A stretch of DNA of 64,000 bases from NCBI GenBank assembly GCA_036172245.1, contig JAYWIR010000051.1:620001-684000 (forward strand). Direction: 5' to 3'. The notes under the pieces were generated by a model that had not been told where the DNA came from, searched no databases, and saw only the letters and a list, made by a program, of their open reading frames with translations. Below, piece by piece: positions 13,350 through 25,100 of this stretch (position 1 is the first letter of the stretch; every line of letters starts with the position of its first letter). This stretch comes from Raillietiella orientalis (taxonomy: Eukaryota). A program made the translations under genes and the position numbers.

Positions 13350-14100
13350 TGTCCGCGCCACCCAAGGGAGTAGGTGACCCCTTCGATTTATAGGAGGGGC
13401 GACTCCAGAGGGACCACCCTATGAATCCAGGAAGATCCCGGAGGAAGGGGCCTGCTCCTTTGTGACTCTTGGTAGGAGCAGCCCTAAGGGAACCCTCGCC
13501 ATGGTTCTCCCCAAGGGGAACCCGAAAGGGAACCACTTCCTCGTTCTCTCCGGAGGAATCCCCCGGTTTGTAAGAGAAGCTCCTGGGATTTCTTCTCCGA
13601 AGGTAGCTCGCAAGGGTTCTGCTCCCTGTTTTCTCCTCCGAAGAGAATCCCGAAGGGCCGCTCCCCAGTTTCTCTGAAGAGTCCGTCACCCGAAAGGAGC
13701 AGCGCGTTTCTTCACACTCTGGAACCCCAGCCGAGGAGTACAGTGTCAACCAGCTCCGTGGTGAGTGATAAAGGGTCTCCCCTTGAGGGAGGGAGGGATG
13801 ACACTATCTTTGCAACTAGAAGGGAATCTCGAAAGGCCACTTGGTTCCTAGAAAGTCCCCAGAGGGCCGATTTCCCATACCGGTCGGTCAACGCAAGTCT
13901 CCGCCGGTGCCGCACCGCAAGTCATCCGAGGCCATCCGGCCAGCGCCATGCTGTAGAGGGGACTCAAAACCCATAACGCCCCCATCCTCCCCCCTTCCTT
14001 CATGTCTCTGCGTCGCTGCTTGGCCCCTGACGAGATTCAAACCCGCGATGCTCGGTGGTGCCGCGAGCGGAGGTCACCGTAGCGGGCGCGCGGGACTTCA
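13350..14100 (-). mobile_element. SINE-like dispersed repeat, copy A (B-box-like head near 14050, body with degenerate ~40-bp subrepeats)
   Basis: 13381-13730 aligns by eye with 52153-52500 in the same orientation. Its reverse complement aligns with 15160-15300 and 15880-16040. Head catcgcgggtttgaatctcg resembles a Pol III B box. Confidence 0.65.
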
Positions 14101-15099
14101 GTGCGGGGACACCGGGACCTGCGTCGGTGGCTGGGCGGTCTCACTTCATCAGGATCTTCGATGCGGTGTGATCATCACAGAACTCCCCCCAATCTCTGCG
14201 GATGCTGGATGCGTGGGACAGAAATCCTCAAAGAGGTGAGACGGCGAGGTGCCGGAAAAGAGGCGGAAAGCACGTGCCCCTAGATGCTCCAGAGATCCCC
14301 TAATTTGCTCCCTCGGGAACTCGAAGATTCGGATGCGTGGAGGGATTTATCCCCTGATCCGGTAGGAAATCATGCTTGATGACAAGCGCATGGGAAGCAG
14401 GGGCTAATTGCACCCGTGTCAGACCTCTCCGAGTTGTCATGGAAGCCAATCTGATCTCTGGAACGACGGGAAGGAGGAATCGGAACTTTTGTTCCGCGCT
14501 GCAGCCGGAGCGGAACCGTCGAAGCGGAGGGTCCGACCGCGCGGCCACTCCGACTAGATGTGGAAGGAGCTCCTTCAGCTGCAAAGCACCCATGGCAACG
14601 GCGTGCATCCCTGCTGATCCCGCGGAGATGACGCGAGGTGAAATTCAGTCCGCAGCTCCCGCGGCTGCACCCTCGCGAATGCGAAGGAGCAAGTGACGTG
14701 GTCATGTGAAAAGGGGACCCGACGTGTCTTCAGGGCAAGCTGGAAGTTTCAAACGATTCAGGGCGGTGGAGCCATCGAAGAGGACACCCAAACGTATCGG
14801 AAAGCTCCCAGAACTGCAGAGGGTCTCTCTCCCCTCCGGGGTCCCGTCTCGAGAACCAAGTCGCCGTCATCACGCCAAAGAAACCCGAAACGCGCCGAAG
14901 CCCGGAAGGAAAAGGAATGACCCACTCGAAGAAGGAACGTTTTCAAGGAAGATGGTGAGGTCAGAGAGGTCGACCACAAAATCTCGGGCAGGAAGAACCC
15001 CTTCCCTCCTGCTGCTGAAGACTAAAATCATCAAACAGGAGACCGCGGGGCACGGGAGAACCAAAACGCCCTTCAGGAGGTCACCGGCCTCCAACGGAG

Positions 15100-16040
15100 G
15101 TCCGTCCGCGAGGTCACATCGGCAATCGAATCTCCCGCGTCGGCTGTCGTCGTCTCCACGCATCGTGGGCTCAAATCCCGTCGAGGAAGGACCGAGAAAT
15201 GGAGGGGTGGGTGGGGTGCGTCGTGGGTTTTGAGTGCCACTTCCACCCTACCCCACTCCCTTAGGATGACGCTGGTTGGTCCGGGAGCGGCACTGGTGAA
15301 AGTCTGATGCTCCGATTGACAGCAGGGATGAGGAGTCGATTCTCCTGGTCCTTCTGGGAATCAGGGAGCCCTTCGGGGTTTTCCCTCTCCAGTTGTGTCC
15401 ATGGGGTCCTCCACCGCATGCCACAGGACTAGTTGACATCTCCCTCGGGAGTTGCCTCTCCATGGTGTCAAGGAGCAACGCTGCTCCTTTCAGAGAAAAA
15501 TCAAGAAGCGTCCCTTCGGAGTTCTCTTTAGAGTTTTCAACTAGCAATAATCGCGCCTCCCTTTCGTTCAGCGGCGGCGATACTGCCCGTGAGCAAGGTT
15601 CTCTTTAGAGGGGAGGGCACAAAGGGAGGTTCCCTTGCAGGGTACCTCCGGAGATGAAATTCCAGAAGCAGATCCTTTCCGGCTTTCCTTCGGAGAAGAA
15701 ACAATGGAGCAGCTCTCTCTGAGGGGTCTTCCCAGAGAGAACGTTGAGGGAGATTCCCTATAGGGGTTTTCCCCCGCTTGAGAAGAAGGAGCGCCGTCCC
15801 TCATTTAGAAGGGGAACCCTTCGTCCCGTACCCATGGAGCTGGTTGATGCCCCCCTCGGGGGGTTGCCTCTCCTGGAGAGCGCTGCTCCCTTAGGGGTTC
15901 TCTTCAGAAGAGTACCAACAGGGAGCGGTCCTTTGCGGCGGGTTCCCTTCGGGGAAAAAATTCCTTGAGGAGTGGCTCCCTCCTTGGAACCCCTCCGGAG
16001 AAAATAAGAAAGCGTCCCTTTCGGGATTCCCTCCCAAGAG
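15100..16040 (+). mobile_element. SINE-like dispersed repeat, copy B (inverted relative to copy A; expanded minisatellite body)
   Basis: catcgtgggctcaaatcccgtc...gggttttgagt...gcggcactgg matches the copy A minus strand; repeated cccttcggg..ttctc..gag..gagc units. Confidence 0.6.
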
Positions 16041-18957
16041 CGCGCGAGGTCCGGAACCCTTCAGGTCGGATCATCCCGTTATCCAAAGCTATGCAGGTGG
16101 GGTCGTGGGTCGTAGCGGAAACCCCCATGGCCACACTTGCTCGCACGTTGGGGAGGCGGTGCCCCGCTACCTCGGCGGAAGGCCCTAGCATTCGAGACCG
16201 GAAGCAGAGCGCGGCGCGCTGCCAACCAGCCGCCGAACGACGCCGGGAGGCGCGGGGATCGCGCGGTGGTCAAACGACACGCTCGCTCCTGGAGGCAGGC
16301 AGCTCCTTCGCGAGTGCAGAGGAGGAGTCGCTGGCGGCGTGCCGGCTCCCTTGGGTGCACGATGGCACGTGCACGAGGTGCAGCACGTGCGAGGAAGACG
16401 GCGGAACCTGGACTCGAAGACGCGGTCTGGACCACGGCGGAAGGCGCCGGCGACCATCGCCCAAGCCGATGTAGCAGCCGACCGCCGCACTAGCTGACTG
16501 GACAGAAGGGCACACCGGGACCGAAATGGTCAGGAGGTGTGAACGCCCGTCAGAATCTCCTTCCGCGGACTTGGAGGCTCCCTGCACATCCGTTCACGCC
16601 CCCGAGGCAAAATGAGAGGAGACGGGGAGGAGGGCGAGGAGAAATGCTGAAGCAGCCAGGCGACCACGAGCAAAAGGGGAAGTCGAGCAGTGGAGTCCCG
16701 AGCGGGAGATTCGTGGGGAGATCTCAGATGCTCGAAAGCCCGCGATCCAGCGCGCTCGGGACGGATCCCAGCGTGTACTCGAGGATGCAGCGGAGTACAC
16801 TCTGTACGACGAAATCGGTCACGGGAAAAGCGTCCCGTAAACAACTACTAAAAATCAATGGGAGGGCAACACGCCGATGATTCCACTGGGCGAATAAGAC
16901 TCGAGCTGCTCGCTGCTTTGTGAAGGGGGGAGGGGGGAGGGAAAAAAGTCGGCGGCGTCGCAGCGCTCGGTTGGCCTGTCGGGAATGGGCATGCCGGGAT
17001 GCTTCCGTCGCGCATTTCTTTTCTTTCGTTTCCCCGTTGCGACCCCATAGATCACTGCGTCCGGCAAAATCCGCGATAAGTTTGGGGTTGTCGCAGGGAT
17101 GGGGCGAGGGAGCGGAAGGGAGCGATGGAAGGACGAAAAAGCGCCGCAGTCAGAATGGGGTGAGGCTCATGTGCGTGCGCGGGAGTGCGTGTGAAGTGTC
17201 CTGGAGCCGGTTGCGAGCCCGATTCCCTGCCCGAAAAGTGAAAACGAACGCGCCATTCTGAAAGCGGTCCCGGTTTTTTTTAGCTACGCCGATGTTCCCA
17301 GAGGGGTGGCCAAGGGGGGGGGGGGAGCGGCAGACGGTTTGACGGATGAGAAAGGTGTGCCAGCAAACAGAGGAGTAAATTGAAAAAAACAAGACAAAAA
17401 AGGAATGCAGTTAAATGTGGAATTAACTGCAGGATGTTCCTGACGGAAGCTGCGGTTGTTTGGACATGGACAGAATACGAGGATGGGTAGGGGGGAGGGG
17501 AGGGAAGGGATGAGTCAGCGCAGATCCAACAGAGCGCGGCACTCGACACGGAAACGAACCGTTTCTTCTGCATGCGGAAAAGAGAAAACAAACAACAAAG
17601 TTCCTCGTCTCACACGCGCGCTCAGACGACGATCCGAGGTACCCTCCACTCTCCCCCTCCCCCCACCTCCTCTTCCTCGGACACGTCACGGCCGTTGCTG
17701 CGCATCCTTCCCGACAAAATAATCCCGGATCGGGATCGCGAAGTGTAATGACGGGAGCGTTTTAGCACGAGTCCGTTCGTCCGATCCGAGCGCTCTGATG
17801 ACGAACGCGCGCGCGCCTTGAAAGGGGAGCGGCGAGCGCAGCAGACGCGGACCGAAGATCTTCACTTGGAGGACACCTTCGGACCGGCCGGCTTCACCTC
17901 TGATCCGAGGAGACGCGCTCGCGACCTACCGCCCTTTGCTGGGGCGCTCCTTCGGATACGCCGGATGCGGGCGCATCTACGCAAGCGAGCCGGACGCTGC
18001 GGGGGGAAGGGGGAGGGGGATTCGCCAAGAGCTGCCGAGGGACAGCGGAAATCCATCTATCCCTCAGCTGCCGAAGCGCACCTGCTGCTTCTTTCTCGCC
18101 CCTTTTTCGAGCGGCTCCATCCGTGCTCTATCGGGAAACGGGGTGAAAGAGACATCTCTCCCGCCAGTTCTGCTTTGCGGCGTTCCTTGGATACCGACGC
18201 GGCAATCGCGAACGCGGCAGGGTCCTCAGCTTCCAGCTTCTTTCGTCAGCGGAGACGAACACTCCGGAAGTGAAGACGAAACATTCCTTCCCATCGCCAG
18301 CTTTCGCCATACTTCTGAAGAAGAACACTCGAGGGCGTTCAGGGGGGGAAATTCCCCTATCTCCTCTGAAAAATAAGGGCCTTCGTCTGGAGTGTCGGGA
18401 GACGGGAAACGACATCTGGAGTGTCGGACACAAGTAAGCCGTGCAAGTGGATGCCTGGAACACACAGCCTCGTTTCTCCGTGAGGGCCCCATCTTCACGT
18501 CCATTCCCTTCTGGGAGAAGGCCGAATTTATGTCCCGCTTTCAGTACCGCCCCCCTCTCCCCCCCCCCCTTCCGAGTGAACCCAAGGCGCTTCGTCGGAA
18601 ACTTTTCGGGAGGAACGCGTGGCGAAATTTCAAGCGCTCGCGGCGGTCGCTGCCTTCGCTTCGCTCCACGGCTGCCACTTCAATTTTATTGGAAAAAAGC
18701 GGGAAAGAAGGAAAATCGGGAGCGGAGTCTGGCGGAGGAACTCGTTCCAGGGGATCCCCCATGTGATTTGTGCACGGAGCTGGCCGAGGAGAAGAAGATG
18801 CCCCCCTCACCGACGGTGGCACGGGAAGGAGCACACGGGACGGCAGCAGCACACGGACCCGCGGCGCAGGAAACGGCGGCCTCGCGTGCTCCTGGAAATC
18901 TTCGCTGGACCGAAACGAAGAGGAGGAGGAGGAGGAGGAGGGAAGACACGCGCACAC

Positions 18958-19109
18958 CTGGACCAGGCAAATCGCATCGACAGCTTCGCCGAAAATTTGG
19001 CGAAGCTGTCGACGTTTTGCGGTGGGTTTTGTTCAACGCAGCTTTGCGCAAGTTGCGCGCTCTGGAGCAGGGGCAGAGACGCGCCATCATGGAGGGGAAT
19101 GTACATATA
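18958..19109 (-). other. Candidate alternative/cassette exon in CELF intron 1
   Basis: Long pyrimidine tract ending ttttttttag|, donor CAG|gtgtgc, 152 nt. An internal ATG at 19106 gives 49 codons + phase 2, compatible with the 11447 acceptor. Confidence 0.45.
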
Positions 19110-22100
19110 CTAAAAAAAAATGGAGGGGAGGAAGAGGGAAAAGAAAGGCAGGAACTGTCTTGCTCTTCGGCAGGGGCGCTCTGCATAATCTGTCGCATCT
19201 TCGAGTGCGGACGACCGGGGAGCTTCGAGTCCGATGGAACCTGAGATGAATGCAAAAGCCGCTACTCCAATTAGCGGCCACCTAGCCCTCAGCATTATGG
19301 AAGCTGCCGGGATCCCGGTCCCAGCCGGAATCCTTGCTTTGTCTGTTTGTTTGAAAAAGAGGAAAGAAAGGAAGAGAAAGCCGTGCGGAAAGATTACGCG
19401 GAACCGATGAACTTCCACAGGTCCGAAGAGCGATCGATAGACATCGAATCATCACAATGATGGCGAATCTTATCAGGATTACAAGACAAACAGGAAGCAA
19501 CGTGGAATTCGAAGATGGCACCAGCGAGAGAGGGAGAGGCGGGGGGGGGGGGGGTGGAGGGGAGGATTTCGGCAAAAATGAATTCCGATGAGAAATCCTT
19601 CGCGTCTGCAAATTCGGGAATTCCGCAACTCGCAGCTCAATGGGAGCAAATTGCCCTCCCTTCCTCTCGGATCGAATTCCAAGATGCACTTATTGATTCC
19701 ATTCATTTCGCAACCAAACGAAATCTGGTCCATTACATCTCACGGGAAGGAAAAATATACAAGAAAAAGACATGCGCGCGCATGCGCACGCGAGAATGAA
19801 AATCAGGAAAATGGGGGGGGGGGGGGGGGGAACCCCGCACGCCTAAAGCTGTGCGTTCCTAAAATTCATGGTGACCGCAAGCAGAAATTTCGCCCACAGC
19901 GAAAGGGATCGCCGAGGGATGACCGAGCGATGCATCCATCCTTCCGATAACCCGCGCGCGATTGACGTCTTCGGATGTCCTGCAGCAAGGATTCTTCTCC
20001 TCCGCTTTTTTTTTCCGGAAGATACACCCCACTTTGCGTACGCAACGGCCCTTTTCATCTGTCAGTCTGTGATCCCCGCTCACGCTGCGATCACGGCGAT
20101 GGGGACTCCTGCGCCACGTATTCCGCCAGCGGCGTCTCCCCTCTCGGCACCGGGATCGGTTCGGCATGGATTCCCAGCCACCGTTCCCACCAGGGAAACC
20201 GCGAGAAGCGATCATCGTCATTCGGCGGAATTGGCCGTCCTTGTGGCGCCGACGCAAAACGGGAAGCTCGCGGGACTTTTTTCTGGCGCTGCGCTTCCCT
20301 CCTCCCGGCTCGGGGATGAGTTTTAGAATTTCCGAATCTCCTTTCGGAGTAATTCGACGTTGACACGCGGGTTCCCCTGAGCCCGTCGTATTCATCCTGC
20401 AGGCGTTATTCTCTCTCCCTCTGCCGAGCTCCGCTTGAGCTCCAGATAACACATCTTTTTAAATTCATCGGAACCGACGCATGGATTTTCAACAGCACGC
20501 GCCGGCATTTCTCCGGATTGGCATCTGCGATCTCGGAAATTATCAGCTGGTACGAGGATGTCTGCTCATAGTGTTTCTTGAAATCAAATCAGACAATTAA
20601 TATTGGAGTCTTTATTTAAGTCACATTGTAAAACAGCAGCGGAAAATATTTCTCTCCCTCTCTCTCCAGAATCTCATGGAAGAAAATACATAAATGAATA
20701 AGCAAGCTGGGGAAAGCGCCAACGGGAGTGGGAAAAGACTCGGAGGGAGCTGCTCCACGGTGCCGCCAAGGCGTGCGCGCGCATCGTCCTGCCCCTCAAC
20801 GGGAAGCAACTCATCTTCGCTGTCCTCCAGGAGCAAAACATTTCGAATAATTACAACTAAAAGGCTCTTTCGGGAGATAATGAACTCATGCTCGAGCCTC
20901 GGGAACACGACGGGAGCGGAACGAAGCAGGGCGGGACGCTTCCGTGCGGATCGCACGGCGGTCACACGCACCCTCCGTCGCAGGGGGGGACTCTGACTGT
21001 GTGCAGATTGGGTCGCGGAGCAGCGGTGACTTATGCACATCGCCGGAGCTACCCGGAAGCAACGATTTCGTCCTCGGTTGACGCAGACCCGAGGATCTGC
21101 TCGGCAAGGGTAGAATAAATCACGAGCCACTACACTCGAATTCATAGGGCGGTGACGTTGAGGATCACCTCACACGCTCCGCGGGAATGCAACCCTCTCA
21201 TTTGGTAGAGATGGAGCAGAAAAGCATCGTTTGACGATGCTAACAATCTGGGGAAGGGAGGGAGGGGAAGAAGACGAACGTGGGGAAGGATGAAGCGCAG
21301 CGTCCAGAGTGCATTCCTCCGAACGATTTTCTTCCCATTTTGGAAGCCATCGGATAGAGAGCGCAGGAAAAACGGTAAAGGATTCTCAAGGAGAGAGCAC
21401 ACACGCATACAAATCCGCAACATTTGTCAGGGGGAGGGGAGCATTTCGAAAACTGCCGAGAGGTGGAAAACCTTCAGGAAGACTAAAGACGGGAGGAGGG
21501 GGGAGTGGGAACAAATTCCGATCGTGTGCCTGCAAATGCAGCCAGCGATTGCACATGGTTTGCACGGTATACGTTTGCACGTTACACAACATGAGCATGT
21601 ACAGCATCGCTACTCGCCATTCTGTCCACGATCGAAGCGGACGAGCACGTGCTTCACATTTGCATAATAATGAAGAGACGGACACATTAATGGATGGAAC
21701 AGAGGTCAGTTTAGTCGGGCGCAAGACACGGGGGAGACAACTGCACCTTCCCTGGTAGGACAGACAGGTGATCAACGAGCGAGCAACGGATTCCTTGCCG
21801 CGTTTCCAGGCGACGGATGCCCTCGCTCCGAACGCCCAACAACTGGATTAAGGAGTGATGGCTCGCTGGGACGACCAACGAGGGCTGCGCTCTCGAAGAT
21901 CCCGCGCCTCTCCCCCGGCACGATGCCCAGGCTGCAGTTGTCCACCCTCATCCGTGGAATTCCCCCCGGCAGAATCATCTCATGGCTCACACGCCTCTGG
22001 GTCTCCCACGAAATCCGGAAATGAATGCCGAAAACCCATCGGTCCGATTTCGGAAAGCTCTCGCTCGCAGAGGGGGTGTGGGGAGCGCTCGCACCGGCAC

Positions 22101-25100
22101 CTGCAGCCAACTCGGTTTACAGTTTTGAAACGAAGCTTCGTTCGGCCATCAGCGGTCCGTCTGGAAGATTACGGGGGCCTGCCATCCAGAAAAGATGAGA
22201 CACATTACAGATCTCATCGTAATTTACTTTTATCTCTGAGGGAGATTTGAACGTGCATTGTGTGCCTGCATAAAGGACATTAATGAACGAGATGAAATTT
22301 ATTCTCCCAGAGTCAACGTTGAGGACGCTTTCTTTCATGATTTTGCGATAATCCGTTTTGCAAAAAGCACCGATTCCAGGCAGGTGGTGCTCTCTGGCCT
22401 CTGTTCGGAGGCAGTCGCCGTTCCGCGCTTTCCCCTGAGCCAGGGGAAAGCAGGGAGGGGGGGGGGGACAGTGTGCTCTCCTGTGTGCACGGCCGCGACG
22501 TAACTTGGGGAACAGATCAGCGGAGCTGCGAACGCGGTCTCTGCGCATCCTGTAGCGCGCGGTGGCAGCGACGCGGGAAAGCGCGGGTGGCTGGCGTCAT
22601 CGTGAGCAACACGGCCGCACGCGCGAGCGACCGTGTTACCATCTCCTGCGGAGCGCCTCCGGAAGCGTCGTGGGAGAGATGGCACGCTCCCGGCGGCTGG
22701 AGGAGACAGCGCGCGTGCATCAGCAGCAAGCGAACAAGTGTCCGACTCTCGATCCGGCCGGGCTCGGACCAAGTCCACGCCTGCTCTAACGAGGGAAGAA
22801 GTGCGAACGGCCGGATGCGCATCCGCGTCGTGGGAGGCGAGGAGACGACGACGTCCCAGCGCCGCGCTCCAGCCGTCCCACCCTCGCGAAAGAGAGGCTC
22901 GTCCCGTCGGAAAGGATAGCCCCCGCCTCTTCTGGCCGACCTTCTGCCCGCTGGCAGAGCGCGCGACCCCTAATCGATCACCCCGCCGTCCACGCGGGAG
23001 AGAGGCCGTCGCGCGCGCGCCCGAGAGGTGTCGCCCGCATCTCTCTTCCGGCAACCTCCCCTCCCCCGTCCTCCTCATCTCTCTCTCTGCACGTAGGCGC
23101 GCCGCAGGAGCGCGCCAGTATCAGCAAGCAAACGCGGAACGCGGAAGGGAGCCCCAGGCGAAACAAAGGGCGCGCCTTTGATCTCGCCTTCGCTTCCGCT
23201 CGCGGTTCTTTTCTCGTCCGCGGTTGCGTAAGCCCGCATCTTCGGATAGCGGAGCAGGTGCCCCGCGCCCTCTCGTGCGCGCGCTGCCTCTCAGCGCACA
23301 GCTGAGGCCGGCGCAAGTCACCGCTGGGGAGGGGAAGAAGGGGCATCCCACACGCCCGCTTTTCGCGAGCGCATCTCCGCGCGCCAAAAGCGCGGGAGGT
23401 CACGTGGCGTTTTGGGTCGCTTCAGGTCGCTGCCGCACGCGGGCATTCTTGGGCTGACCGCACTTGAGCGGGAGTGTCTCCCGCACTCGAGGGTGGTCTC
23501 GTGGGGACTCTTCCCCACGGGGAACGGGGAGTCGCGTGCCCCAGATTGGGCGCATCCGCCTTTTCGCTTCTCCTCTTCCACGGGGTCGCCCAGGCACCGG
23601 AAACAGTTCCGGAAGGCGCGGACGACGGACGAGGCACGCCGCTGCTGCCACTTGCCAAGGGAGACGGGACCATCCGACTCTCTCCCCCCTCCCCCCTCAT
23701 CTCGGCTTTCCGTGGGGAGAGCAGTCCACAGCTGCTGCTGCTGGCTCCAAACTCTCTCCCCCTCTCCCCAAGCGGACGGCTCCGCGGTGAGGGGAGAGGG
23801 GACAGTGGGGACGAAGGGAGGTGACCAGAGAGACCGACTCATGCACTCGCGAACAGTCCGGGAATCCTCCCAGGCTCCCGCATGAGACAAGCGTGCGACC
23901 GCGTGGATCTCGTCAAGGGCGGGCAGGAGCGCAAAGCAGAGGGGGTGCGCACACGCATGCATCCCTGCCGCCATTTTCACTCAGCTGATGACGATTTCCA
24001 AGATGGTCGCCGCTTGTCTCCAATCTGATCAGCCGCAAACCGCGTGCCGGGTGCGGGAGGCGTCCGTCCGCTCGTAGTCCACGCAGGGGAAGAGCTGCCG
24101 CCAGCTATTTGCCCACCGCCCCCCCCCCCTCCCGATGGACCCACAGCTTCCGCAGGATCCTTCCACGCTCCCGTCCCTCCGGTTGCGTCAGGAGGAAGAG
24201 GTGTCACGAGGGGAGAAGGAAGGAAGGGGGAGGGGGGGAATTCTCCCGGCTGCTTTTCCTGGAGGCATTCCCGAAACGGTGTGCCCTGGATTTCCTTCTC
24301 CTCTTACTTCGCTCCGTTCCTCTTTGGAGGATGCGGGGAGAGGCTCTGCCGTATCTCGCCCGACCGACATTAATTGGAATTCGGATCCTCTGCTTCGCTC
24401 TTCCCCGACGAGACGCGATAAAGGCCGAAACGTCCATTGGCTGGGGAGCGGCCCCGTGCCGCTATCGCCCCGCCACGGCCACGGTCGGGACCGCCCGTTA
24501 TCAGCCGCCCAGGAAGCCGATAAGGTTTTTCAGGAGCTGCGAACCGGCACGAGCGCATGCTGAGGAGTGCTCCGCTTTCGAAACCGGGATTGCGAAACGG
24601 CCCTTCGAGAGGGGCGCGCTCGTCCGTCCGCCTCCGACGCGGGCCCGGCTTTCCCACGCGCGCGCGCGAGCACCAGGCGGCGCGACTCGGGTCGAGGAGT
24701 GGCGGGCGCAACAGCGAGGGCGTGGAGGCACCGTCTGTTCCCTGGACGACTGGGAGCCGCGACGGCATCAGGGAGGAGGCTGTGCTCTCCGGGGCCGGCC
24801 CCCTACATGCGGGGGCACCGGAAGCTCAAGGAAAACTCTCTGGGAGCGCGCCGACGATGCCCTCTGGTCGCCACCGAGACGCGCGCGCACTAACCGAAAA
24901 GTGGCGCGAAACCCCGAGGCGCCGAAGCTCCGCTCTGCGGAAGGGTGCGGGACGAAAGGCGGGTTGTGGCGGCGGGCTGCGGGAATCGGAAATTTGCAGA
25001 ACCTTCCCGCGTGGCGGTGGGCATCTCTCCGGGCTCGGGAAGAGCGACAGGGAGAGCAGGCATCAACGAGGGGCGGCGACGGAGGCCACCGCATGTGCGC

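Noticed and set aside
15340..16040. Periodic ~40-bp units as a CRISPR-like array
   Set aside because: Units are degenerate, lack unique spacers, and the context is a eukaryotic intron.
20619..20680. MRFWRERERNIFRCCFT with a phase-2 AT|gtgact donor
   Set aside because: Weak donor, and the peptide derives from a GA repeat.
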